A DNA stretch of 64,000 nucleotides, from NCBI GenBank assembly GCA_977017575.1, contig CDRNVI010000021.1, positions 124,001 through 188,000 of the forward strand, read 5' to 3'. Positions 20,845 through 33,600 of the stretch are shown one piece after another. The position numbers and the translations under genes are program-made. The DNA comes from Paramoeba atlantica (lineage: Eukaryota; Protista; Discosea). Below the pieces are notes generated by a model. The model searched no databases. It worked only from the letters and a program-made list of their open reading frames with translations, and had not been told where the DNA came from. The first letter of the stretch is position 1. Each line of letters opens with the position of its first letter.

Positions 20845-20947
20845 CTTAAGTAGAGTAAAAGAAAAAATTCTTTGGTTTAGAAAAAAATTAAGAAATTGCG
20901 TTCGATTAATTTCTGATTTATAAAAATTAATGATCCGCATAAACTAA

Positions 20948-21636
20948 ATTTTTATTCTGCACTCCGCGGCGGATGCAGCCCTTGCTCAAGAGCAGATGGA
21001 GCAATACGAATTTTCCCGAATTCAGGTTGATGAAACCTTTATAGGGAAACGGAAATATCAGCGGGGGAGGCGACAGCGCAAACGGGGGTGGTGGTTTGCG
21101 ACAGTTACCGAGATTCGAGGTCAAGAAATGGGAAGAACCCATGGCTAGTGAAACGAAGAGATACGGAAACTCTTCATAACTTTATTCTTCCTCACTTGAC
21201 AAGTGCGAGGGCTGTCGTGGTTAGCGACTGTTGGGGGGCGTACACCACTTTGGGTGACTTTTGTCGCCACCACGCTGTGAATCACAGCGTGGAGTTTGTG
21301 AACTCCCAAGGGTACCACACGAACACCGCTGAAGGGTCACATCGCATCATAAAGGACTGGGTGCGGAAACAGCACTACAATTTTGGTGCCACGTCCTTGG
21401 AATTGATGCGAAATGTGGCCCTTCAGTGTGTGAAGTTGGGGGACGTCCACAACGGGCGAGAGACCGCGTGGCAAGTTCGCATGGCAAACCTTTTCACGTG
21501 CTTCCTGGAATATTACGGAAGTGATGTAGATGATTTTGAGGACAGCGTCAGTTTGAGTAGTTGTCCGTCAGATTACATGAGCGAAGATGATTTCGTTCCA
21601 AATGAGACTGACAGTGTTACAATGGAAGACAATTTT
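20948..21636 (+). pseudogene. Merlin / IS1595 (ISXO2-like) DDE transposase fragment, frameshifted; repeated in all 12 array units
   Basis: Frame 1: IQVDETFIGKRKYQRGRRQRKRGWWF...GRTH. Frame 2: WLVKRRDTETL...VVSDCWGAY...VNHSVEFV...HTNTAEG. The frameshift is at acccat|ggcta. Confidence 0.85.
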
Positions 21637-24600
21637 CGGTTCGTTTCGAAAGTTTTCGAGTGTAGTTTCGGTATCAACGAATATGGCGCCGCAAAGCGGC
21701 ACCGTTTTTTTCCGCTCATTTTTTCATTTTTTATCTTTTTTTCACGTCTTTTTCATTGATCTTTCCTCTCCCCTACTTAGTGTTTAATTTTGCCGAATTC
21801 TACTAAACACTAAATAGGGGGGGACGGTATAATTATAAAAATTAATGATCCCGTATAAATGACCGCTATTTCAAAAAAAGGTCGGCGTTAGTACGATCTG
21901 TAAGATGGTAGTGCCAGGGAAATTGTTGGAAATAATTCGCGTAAGCACAAAACGATAGTGCTGAAATTCGGTTCAGAGCCTAGAGATTTTCCACGCCTCG
22001 TATATTTCACTGATTGTTTCGACAAGGCGTCCACAGCGTCGCATACTACGTTTTTGATTGAAACTGATAACTGTTTTTTTAACGACAGGGTCGACCCCTC
22101 TTCGCTGGAGTCCGATTCTTCTTCGTTACCTGACTCTGCGCTATCAGGACTCAAAATTTGAAATTGTTCTGTGAGTTTATGCCATTGAATGGCCCCATTG
22201 GCATCGCAAAACCACATAAGTCGACGGTTCTGCTTATCCCAGAAGACAGGAACCCCTTAAGCCCCCTTAGCAAACAATACAGTGGCATATACGCTGCACT
22301 GCAATGAGCAAAAAGCTTCTCTTTGTTCTATAAAGCATTGGCCATGTATCCCCTCCATCATACTTTCTCTGCACTAAACATGGCAGCACGTGTTGAACGG
22401 AGATAGTCTTCCCATAAATTACCAAATAAGTTTGTATTTTCTCACCATCTGCCTCCAGCATAGAAATCAACCATTTGCGCTTTTCTGTAAGAAATTTCTT
22501 CGAAGGGCGTCCATCCACGTTCACAAAATAATCCATCTTAAGTAGAGTAAAAGAAAAAATTCTTTGGTTTAGAAAAAAATTAAGAAATTGCGTTCGATTA
22601 ATTTCTGATTTATAAAAATTAATGATCCGCATAAACTAAATTTTTATTCTGCACTCCGCGGCGGATGCAGCCCTTGCTCAAGAGCAGATGGAGCAATACG
22701 AATTTTCCCGAATTCAGGTTGATGAAACCTTTATAGGGAAACGGAAATATCAGCGGGGGAGGCGACAGCGCAAACGGGGGTGGTGGTTTGCGACAGTTAC
22801 CGAGATTCGAGGTCAAGAAATGGGAAGAACCCATGGCTAGTGAAACGAAGAGATACGGAAACTCTTCATAACTTTATTCTTCCTCACTTGACAAGTGCGA
22901 GGGCTGTCGTGGTTAGCGACTGTTGGGGGGCGTATACCACTTTGGGTGACTTTTGTCGCCACCACGCTGTGAATCACAGCGTGGAGTTTGTGAACTCCCA
23001 AGGGTACCACACGAACACCGCTGAAGGGTCACATCGCATCATAAAGGACTGGGTGCGGAAACAGCACTACAATTTTGGTGCCACGTCCTTGGAATTGATG
23101 CGAAATGTGGCCCTTCAGTGTGTGAAGTTGGGGGACGTCCACAACGGGCGAGAGACCGCGTGGCAAGTTCGCATGGCAAACCTTTTCACGTGCTTCTTGG
23201 AATATTACGGAAGTGATGTAGATGATTTTGAGGACAGCGTCAGTTTGAGTAGTTGTCCGTCAGATTACATGAGCGAAGATGATTTCGTTCCAAGTGAGAC
23301 TGACAGTGCTACAATGGAAGACAATTTTCGGTTCGTTTCGAAAGTTTTCGAGTGTAGTTTCGGTATCAACGAATATGGCGCCGCAAAGCGGCACCGTTTT
23401 TTTCCGCTCATTTTTTCATTTTTTATCTTTTTTTCACGTCTTTTTCATTGATCTTTCCTCTCCCCTACTTAGTGTTTAATTTTGCCGAATTCTACTAAAC
23501 ACTAAATAGGGGGGGACGGTATAATTATAAAAATTAATGATCCCGTATAAATGACCGCTATTTCAAAAAAAGGTCGGCGTTAGTACGATCTGTAAGATGG
23601 TAGTGCCAGGGAAATTGTTGGAAATAATTCGCGTAAGCACAAAACGATAGTGCTGAAATTCGGTTCAGAGCCTAGAGAGTTTCCACGCCTCGTATATTTC
23701 ACTGATTGTTTCGACAAGGCGTCCACAGCGTCGCATACTACGTTTTTGATTGAAACTGATAACTGTTTTTTAACGACAGGGTCGACCCCTCTTCGCTGGA
23801 GTCCGATTCTTCTTCGTTACCTGACTCTGCGCTATCAGGACTCAAAATTTGAAATTGTTCTGTGAGTTTATGCCATTGAATGGCCCCATTGGCATCGCAA
23901 AACCACATAAGTCGACGGTTCTGCTTATCCCAGAAGACAGGAACCCCTTAAGCCCCCTTAGCAAACAATACAGTGGCATATACGCTGCACTGCAATGAGC
24001 AAAAAGCTTCTCTTTGTTCTATAAAGCATTGGCCATGTATCCCCTCCATCATACTTTCTCTGCACTAAACATGGCAGCACGTGTTGAACGGAGATAGTCT
24101 TCCCATAAATTACCAAATAAGTTTGTATTTTCTCACCATCTGCCTCCAGCATAGAAATCAACCATTTGCGCTTTTCTGTAAGAAATTTCTTCGAAGGGCG
24201 TCCATCCACGTTCACAAAATAATCCATCTTAAGTAGAGTAAAAGAAAAAATTCTTTGGTTTAGAAAAAAATTAAGAAATTGCGTTCGATTAATTTCTGAT
24301 TTATAAAAATTAATGATCCGCATAAACTAAATTTTTATTCTGCACTCCGCGGCGGATGCAGCCCTTGCTCAAGAGCAGATGGAGCAATACGAATTTTCCC
24401 GAATTCTGGTTGATGAAACCTTTATAGGGAAACGGAAATATCAGCGGGGGAGGCGACAGCGCAAACGGGGGTGGTGGTTTGCGACAGTTACCGAGATTCG
24501 AGGTCAAGAAATGGGAAGAACCCATGGCTAGTGAAACGAAGAGATACGGAAACTCTTCATAACTTTATTCTTCCTCACTTGACAAGTGCGAGGGCTGTCG

Positions 24601-27600
24601 TGGTTAGCGACTGTTGGGGGGCGTACACCACTTTGGGTGACTTTTGTCGCCACCACGCTGTGAATCACAGCGTGGAGTTTCTGAACTCCCAAGGGTACCA
24701 CACGAACACCGCTGAAGGGTCACATCGCATCATAAAGGACTGGGTGCGGAAACAGCACTACAATTTTGGTGCCACGTCCTTGGAATTGATGCGAAATATG
24801 GCCCTTCAGTGTGTGAAGTTGGGGGACGTCCACAACGGGCGAGAGACCGCGTGGCAAGTTCGCATGGCAAACCTTTTCACGTGCTTCCTGGAATATTACG
24901 GAAGTGATGTAGATGATTTTGAGGACAGCGTCAGTTTGAGTAGTTGTCCGTCAGATTACATGAGCGAAGATGATTTCGTTCCAAGTGAGACTGACAGTGC
25001 TACAATGGAAGACAATTTTCGGTTCGTTTCGAAAGTTTTCGAGTGTAGTTTCGGTATCAACGAATATGGCGCCGCAAAGCGGCACCGTTTTTTTCCGCTC
25101 ATTTTTTCATTTTTTATCTTTTTTTCACGTCTTTTTCATTGATCTTTCCTCTCCCCTACTTAGTGTTTAATTTTGCCGAATTCTACTAAACACTAAATAG
25201 GGGGGGACGGTATAATTATAAAAATTAATGATCCCGTATAAATGACCGCTATTTCAAAAAAAGGTCGGCGTTAGTACGATCTGTAAGATGGTAGTGCCAG
25301 GGAAATTGTTGGAAATAATTCGCGTAAGCACAAAACGATAGTGCTGAAATTCGGTTCAGAGCCTAGAGAGTTTCCACGCCTCGTATATTTCACTGATTGT
25401 TTCGACAAGGCGTCCACAGCGTCGCATACTACGTTTTTGATTGAAACTGATAACTGTTTTTTAACGACAGGGTCGACCCCTCTTCGCTGGAGTCCGATTC
25501 TTCTTCGTTACCTGACTCTGCGCTATCAGGACTCAAAATTTGAAATTGTTCTGTGAGTTTATGCCATTGAATGGCCCCATTGGCATCGCAAAACCACATA
25601 AGTCGACGGTTCTGCTTATCCCAGAAGACAGGAACCCCTTAAGCCCCCTTAGCAAACAATACAGTGGCATATACGCTGCACTGCAATGAGCAAAAAGCTT
25701 CTCTTTGTTCTATAAAGCATTGGCCATGTATCCCCTCCATCATACTTTCTCTGCACTAAACATGGCAGCACGTGTTGAACGGAGATAGTCTTCCCATAAA
25801 TTACCAAATAAGTTTGTATTTTCTCACCATCTGCCTCCAGCATAGAAATCAACCATTTGCGCTTTTCTGTAAGAAATTTCTTCGAAGGGCGTCCATCCAC
25901 GTTCACAAAATAATCCATCTTAAGTAGAGTAAAAGAAAAAATTCTTTGGTTTAGAAAAAAATTAAGAAATTGCGTTCGATTAATTTCTGATTTATAAAAA
26001 TTAATGATCCGCATAAACTAAATTTTTATTCTGCACTCCGCGGCGGATGCAGCCCTTGCTCAAGAGCAGATGGAGCAATACGAATTTTCCCGAATTCTGG
26101 TTGATGAAACCTTTATAGGGAAACGGAAATATCAGCGGGGGAGGCGACAGCGCAAACGGGGGTGGTGGTTTGCGACAGTTACCGAGATTCGAGGTCAAGA
26201 AATGGGAAGAACCCATGGCTAGTGAAACGAAGAGATACGGAAACTCTTCATAACTTTATTCTTCCTCACTTGACAAGTGCGAGGGCTGTCGTGGTTAGCG
26301 ACTGTTGGGGGGCGTACACCACTTTGGGTGACTTTTGTCGCCACCACGCTGTGAATCACAGCGTGGAGTTTGTGAACTCCCAAGGGTACCACACGAACAC
26401 CGCTGAAGGGTCACATCGCATCATAAAGGACTGGGTGCGGAAACAGCACTACAATTTTGGTGCCACGTCCTTGGAATTGATGCGAAATATGGCCCTTCAG
26501 TGTGTGAAGTTGGGGGACGTCCACAACGGGCGAGAGACCGCGTGGCAAGTTCGCATGGCAAACCTTTTCACGTGCTTCCTGGAATATTACGGAAGTGATG
26601 TAGATGATTTTGAGGACAGCGTCAGTTTGAGTAGTTGTCCGTCAGATTACATGAGCGAAGATGATTTCGTTCCAAATGAGACTGACAGTGTTACAATGGA
26701 AGACAATTTTCGGTTCGTTTCGAAAGTTTTCGAGTGTAGTTTCGGTATCAACGAATATGGCGCCGCAAAGCGGCACCGTTTTTTTCCGCTCATTTTTTCA
26801 TTTTTTATCTTTTTTTCACGTCTTTTTCATTGATCTTTCCTCTCCCCTACTTAGTGTTTAATTTTGCCGAATTCTACTAAACATTAAATAGGGGGGGACG
26901 GTATAATTATAAAAATTAATGATCCCGTATAAATGACCGCTATTTCAAAAAAAGGTCGGCGTTAGTACGATCTGTAAGATGGTAGTGCCAGGGAAATTGT
27001 TGGAAATAATTCGCGTAAGCACAAAACGATAGTGCTGAAATTCGGTTCAGAGCCTAGAGATTTTCCACGCCTCGTATATTTCACTGATTGTTTCGACAAG
27101 GCGTCCACAGCGTCGCATACTACGTTTTTGATTGAAACTGATAACTGTTTTTTTAACGACAGGGTCGACCCCTCTTCGCTGGAGTCCGATTCTTCTTCGT
27201 TACCTGACTCTGCGCTATCAGGACTCAAAATTTGAAATTGTTCTGTGAGTTTATGCCATTGAATGGCCCCATTGGCATCGCAAAACCACATAAGTCGACG
27301 GTTCTGCTTATCCCAGAAGACAGGAACCCCTTAAGCCCCCTTAGCAAACAATACAGTGGCATATACGCTGCACTGCAATGAGCAAAAAGCTTCTCTTTGT
27401 TCTATAAAGCATTGGCCATGTATCCCCTCCATCATACTTTCTCTGCACTAAACATGGCAGCACGTGTTGAACGGAGATAGTCTTCCCATAAATTACCAAA
27501 TAAGTTTGTATTTTCTCACCATCTGCCTCCAGCATAGAAATCAACCATTTGCGCTTTTCTGTAAGAAATTTCTTCGAAGGGCGTCCATCCACGTTCACAA

Positions 27601-30600
27601 AATAATCCATCTTAAGTAGAGTAAAAGAAAAAATTCTTTGTTTTAGAAAAAAGTTAAGAAATTGCGTTCGATTAATTTCTGATTTATAAAAATTAATGAT
27701 CCGCATAAACTAAATTTTTATTCTGCACTCCGCGGCGGATGCAGCCCTTGCTCAAGAGCAGATGGAGCAATACGAATTTTCCCGAATTCAGGTTGATGAA
27801 ACCTTTATAGGGAAACGGAAATATCAGCGGGGGAGGCGACAGCGCAAACGGGGGTGGTGGTTTGCGACAGTTACCGAGATTCGAGGTCAAGAAATGGGAA
27901 GAACCCATGGCTAGTGAAACGAAGAGATACGGAAACTCTTCATAACTTTATTCTTCCTCACTTGACAAGTGCGAGGGCTGTCGTGGTTAGCGACTGTTGG
28001 GGGGCGTACACCACTTTGGGTGACTTTTGTCGCCACCACGCTGTGAATCACAGCGTGGAGTTTGTGAACTCCCAAGGGTACCACACGAACACCGCTGAAG
28101 GGTCACATCGCATCATAAAGGACTGGGTGCGGAAACAGCACTACAATTTTGGTGCCACGTCCTTGGAATTGATGCGAAATGTGGCCCTTCAGTGTGTGAA
28201 GTTGGGGGACGTCCACAACGGGCGAGGGACCGCGTGGCAAGTTCGCATGGCAAACCTTTTCACGTGCTTCCTGGAATATTACGGAAGTGATGTAGATGAT
28301 TTTGAGGACAGCGTCAGTTTGAGTAGTTGTCCGTCAGATTACATGAGCGAAGATGATTTCGTTCCAAATGAGACTGACAGTGTTACAATGGAAGACAATT
28401 TTCGGTTCGTTTCGAAAGTTTTCGAGTGTAGTTTCGGTATCAACGAATATGGCGCCGCAAAGCGGCACCGTTTTTTTCCGCTCATTTTTTCATTTTTTAT
28501 CTTTTTTTCACGTCTTTTTCATTGATCTTTCCTCTCCCCTACTTAGTGTTTAATTTTGCCGAATTCTACTAAACACTAAATAGGGGGGGACGGTATAATT
28601 ATAAAAATTAATGATCCCGTATAAATGACCGCTATTTCAAAAAAAGGTCGGCGTTAGTACGATCTGTAAGATGGTAGTGCCAGGGAAATTGTTGGAAATA
28701 ATTCGCGTAAGCACAAAACGATAGTGCTGAAATTCGGTTCAGAGCCTAGAGATTTTCCACGCCTCGTATATTTCACTGATTGTTTCGACAAGGCGTCCAC
28801 AGCGTCGCATACTACGTTTTTGATTGAAACTGATAACTGTTTTTTTAACGACAGGGTCGACCCCTCTTCGCTGGAGTCCGATTCTTCTTCGTTACCTGAC
28901 TCTGCGCTATCAGGACTCAAAATTTGAAATTGTTCTGTGAGTTTATGCCATTGAATGGCCCCATTGGCATCGCAAAACCACATAAGTCGACGGTTCTGCT
29001 TATCCCAGAAGACAGGAACCCCTTAAGCCCCCTTAGCAAACAATACAGTGGCATATACGCTGCACTGCAATGAGCAAAAAGCTTCTCTTTGTTCTATAAA
29101 GCATTGGCCATGTATCCCCTCCATCATACTTTCTCTGCACTAAACATGGCAGCACGTGTTGAACGGAGATAGTCTTCCCATAAATTACCAAATAAGTTTG
29201 TATTTTCTCACCATCTGCCTCCAGCATAGAAATCAACCATTTGCGCTTTTCTGTAAGAAATTTCTTCGAAGGGCGTCCATCCACGTTCACAAAATAATCC
29301 ATCTTAAGTAGAGTAAAAGAAAAAATTCTTTGGTTTAGAAAAAAGTTAAGAAATTGCGTTCGATTAATTTCTGATTTATAAAAATTAATGATCCGCATAA
29401 ACTAAATTTTTATTCTGCACTCCGCGGCGGATGCAGCCCTTGCTCAAGAGCAGATGGAGCAATACGAATTTTCCCGAATTCAGGTTGATGAAACCTTTAT
29501 AGGGAAACGGAAATATCAGCGGGGGAGGCGACAGCGCAAACGGGGGTGGTGGTTTGCGACAGTTACCGAGATTCGAGGTCAAGAAATGGGAAGAACCCAT
29601 GGCTAGTGAAACGAAGAGATACGGAAACTCGTCATAACTTTATTCTTCCTCACTTGACAAGTGCGAGGGCTGTCGTGGTTAGCGACTGTTGGGGGGCGTA
29701 CACCACTTTGGGTGACTTTTGTCGCCACCACGCTGTGAATCACAGCGTGGAGTTTGTGAACTCCCAAGGGTACCACACGAACACCGCTGAAGGGTCACAT
29801 CGCATCATAAAGGACTGGGTGCGGAAACAGCACTACAATTTTGGTGCCACGTCCTTGGAATTGATGCGAAATGTGGCCCTTCAGTGTGTGAAGTTGGGGG
29901 ACGTCCACAACGGGCGAGGGACCGCGTGGCAAGTTCGCATGGCAAACCTTTTCACGTGCTTCCTGGAATATTACGGAAGTGATGTAGATGATTTTGAGGA
30001 CAGCGTCAGTTTGAGTAGTTGTCCGTCAGATTACATGAGCGAAGATGATTTCGTTCCAAATGAGACTGACAGTGTTACAATGGAAGACAATTTTCGGTTC
30101 GTTTCGAAAGTTTTCGAGTGTAGTTTCGGTATCAACGAATATGGCGCCGCAAAGCGGCACCGTTTTTTTCCGCTCATTTTTTCATTTTTTATCTTTTTTT
30201 CACGTCTTTTTCATTGATCTTTCCTCTCCCCTACTTAGTGTTTAATTTTGCCGAATTCTACTAAACACTAAATAGGGGGGGACGGTATAATTATAAAAAT
30301 TAATGATCCCGTATAAATGACCGCTATTTCAAAAAAAGGTCGGCGTTAGTACGATCTGTAAGATGGTAGTGCCAGGGAAATTGTTGGAAATAATTCGCGT
30401 AAGCACAAAACGATAGTGCTGAAATTCGGTTCAGAGCCTAGAGATTTTCCACGCCTCGTATATTTCACTGATTGTTTCGACAAGGCGTCCACAGCGTCGC
30501 ATACTACGTTTTTGATTGAAACTGATAACCGTTTTTTTAACGACAGGGTCGACCCCTCTTCGCTGGAGTCCGATTCTTCTTCGTTACCTGACTCTGCGCT

Positions 30601-33600
30601 ATCAGGGCTCAAAATTTGAAATTGTTCTGTGAGTTTATGCCATTGAATGGCCCCATTGGCATCGCAAAACCACATAAGTCGACGGTTCTGCTTATCCCAG
30701 AAGACAGGAACCCCTTAAGCCCCCTTAGCAAACAATACAGTGGCATATACGCTGCACTGCAATGAGCAAAAAGCTTCTCTTTGTTCTATAAAGCATTGGC
30801 CATGTATCCCCTCCATCATACTTTCTCTGCACTAAACATGGCAGCACGTGTTGAACGGAGATAGTCTTCCCATAAATTACCAAATAAGTTTGTATTTTCT
30901 CACCATCTGCCTCCAGCATAGAAATCAACCATTTGCGCTTTTCTGTAAGAAATTTCTTCGAAGGGCGTCCATCCACGTTCACAAAATAATCCATCTTAAG
31001 TAGAGTAAAAGAAAAAATTCTTTGGTTTAGAAAAAAGTTAAGAAATTGCGTTCGATTAATTTCTGATTTATAAAAATTAATGATCCGCATAAACTAAATT
31101 TTTATTCTGCACTCCGCGGCGGATGCAGCCCTTGCTCAAGAGCAGATGGAGCAATACGAATTTTCCCGAATTCAGGTTGATGAAACCTTTATAGGGAAAC
31201 GGAAATATCAGCGGGGGAGGCGACAGCGCAAACGGGGGTGGTGGTTTGCGACAGTTACCGAGATTCGAGGTCAAGAAATGGGAAGAACCCATGGCTAGTG
31301 AAACGAAGAGATACGGAAACTCTTCATAACTTTATTCTTCCTCACTTGACAAGTGCGAGGGCTGTCGTGGTTAGCGACTGTTGGGGGGCGTACACCACTT
31401 TGGGTGACTTTTGTCGCCACCACGCTGTGAATCACAGCGTGGAGTTTGTGAACTCCCAAGGGTACCACACGAACACCGCTGAAGGGTCACATCGCATCAT
31501 AAAGGACTGGGTGCGGAAACAGCACTACAATTTTGGTGCCACGTCCTTGGAATTGATGCGAAATGTGGCCCTTCAGTGTGTGAAGTTGGGGGACGTCCAC
31601 AACGGGCGAGGGACCGCGTGGCAAGTTCGCATGGCAAACCTTTTCACGTGCTTCCTGGAATATTACGGAAGTGATGTAGATGATTTTGAGGACAGCGTCA
31701 GTTTGAGTAGTTGTCCGTCAGATTACATGAGCGAAGATGATTTCGTTCCAAATGAGACTGACAGTGTTACAATGGAAGACAATTTTCGGTTCGTTTCGAA
31801 AGTTTTCGAGTGTAGTTTCGGTATCAACGAATATGGCGCCGCAAAGCGGCACCGTTTTTTTCCGCTCATTTTTTCATTTTTTATCTTTTTTTCACGTCTT
31901 TTTCATTGATCTTTCCTCTCCCCTACTTAGTGTTTAATTTTGCCGAATTCTACTAAACACTAAATAGGGGGGGACGGTATAATTATAAAAATTAATGATC
32001 CCGTATAAATGACCGCTATTTCAAAAAAAGGTCGGCGTTAGTACGATCTGTAAGATGGTAGTGCCAGGGAAATTGTTGGAAATAATTCGCGTAAGCACAA
32101 AACGATAGTGCTGAAATTCGGTTCAGAGCCTAGAGAGTTTCCACGCCTCGTATATTTCACTGATTGTTTCGACAAGGCGTCCACAGCGTCGCATACTACG
32201 TTTTTGATTGAAACTGATAACTGTTTTTTTAACGACAGGGTCGACCCCTCTTCGCTGGAGTCCGATTCTTCTTCGTTACCTGACTCTGCGCTATCAGGAC
32301 TCAAAATTTGAAATTGTTCTGTGAGTTTATGCCATTGAATGGCCCCATTGGCATCGCAAAACCACATAAGTCGACGGTTCTGCTTATCCCAGAAGACAGG
32401 AACCCCTTAAGCCCCCTTAGCAAACAATACAGTGGCATATACGCTGCACTGCAATGAGCAAAAAGCTTCTCTTTGTTCTATAAAGCATTGGCCATGTATC
32501 CCCTCCATCATACTTTCTCTGCACTAAACATGGCAGCACGTGTTGAACGGAGATAGTCTTCCCATAAATTACCAAATAAGTTTGTATTTTCTCACCATCT
32601 GCCTCCAGCATAGAAATCAACCATTTGCGCTTTTCTGTAAGAAATTTCTTCGAAGGGCGTCCATCCACGTTCACAAAATAATCCATCTTAAGTAGAGTAA
32701 AAGAAAAAATTCTTTGGTTTAGAAAAAAGTTAAGAAATTGCGTTCGATTAATTTCTGATTTATAAAAATTAATGATCCGCATAAACTAAATTTTTATTCT
32801 GCACTCCGCGGCGGATGCAGCCCTTGCTCAAGAGCAGATGGAGCAATACGAATTTTCCCGAATTCAGGTTGATGAAACCTTTATAGGGAAACGGAAATAT
32901 CAGCGGGGGAGGCGACAGCGCAAACGGGGGTGGTGGTTTGCGACAGTTACCGAGATTCGAGGTCAAGAAATGGGAAGAACCCATGGCTAGTGAAACGAAG
33001 AGATACGGAAACTCTTCATAACTTTATTCTTCCTCACTTGACAAGTGCGAGGGCTGTCGTGGTTAGCGACTGTTGGGGGGCGTACACCACTTTGGGTGAC
33101 TTTTGTCGCCACCACGCTGTGAATCACAGCGTGGAGTTTGTGAACTCCCAAGGGTACCACACGAACACCGCTGAAGGGTCACATCGCATCATAAAGGACT
33201 GGGTGCGGAAACAGCACTACAATTTTGGTGCCACGTCCTTGGAATTGATGCGAAATGTGGCCCTTCAGTGTGTGAAGTTGGGGGACGTCCACAACGGGCG
33301 AGAGACCGCGTGGCAAGTTCGCATGGCAAACCTTTTCACGTGCTTCCTGGAATATTACGGAAGTGATGTAGATGATTTTGAGGACAGCGTCAGTTTGAGT
33401 AGTTGTCCGTCAGATTACATGAGCGAAGATGATTTCGTTCCAAATGAGACTGACAGTGTTACAATGGAAGACAATTTTCGGTTCGTTTCGAAAGTTTTCG
33501 AGTGTAGTTTCGGTATCAACGAATATGGCGCCGCAAAGCGGCACCGTTTTTTTCCGCTCATTTTTTCATTTTTTATCTTTTTTTCACGTCTTTTTCATTG

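Noticed and set aside
21130-21150. U-insertion editing repairing the Merlin frameshift
   Set aside because: U-indel editing is mitochondrial in kinetoplastids and this is nuclear transposon DNA. A simple deletion suffices.
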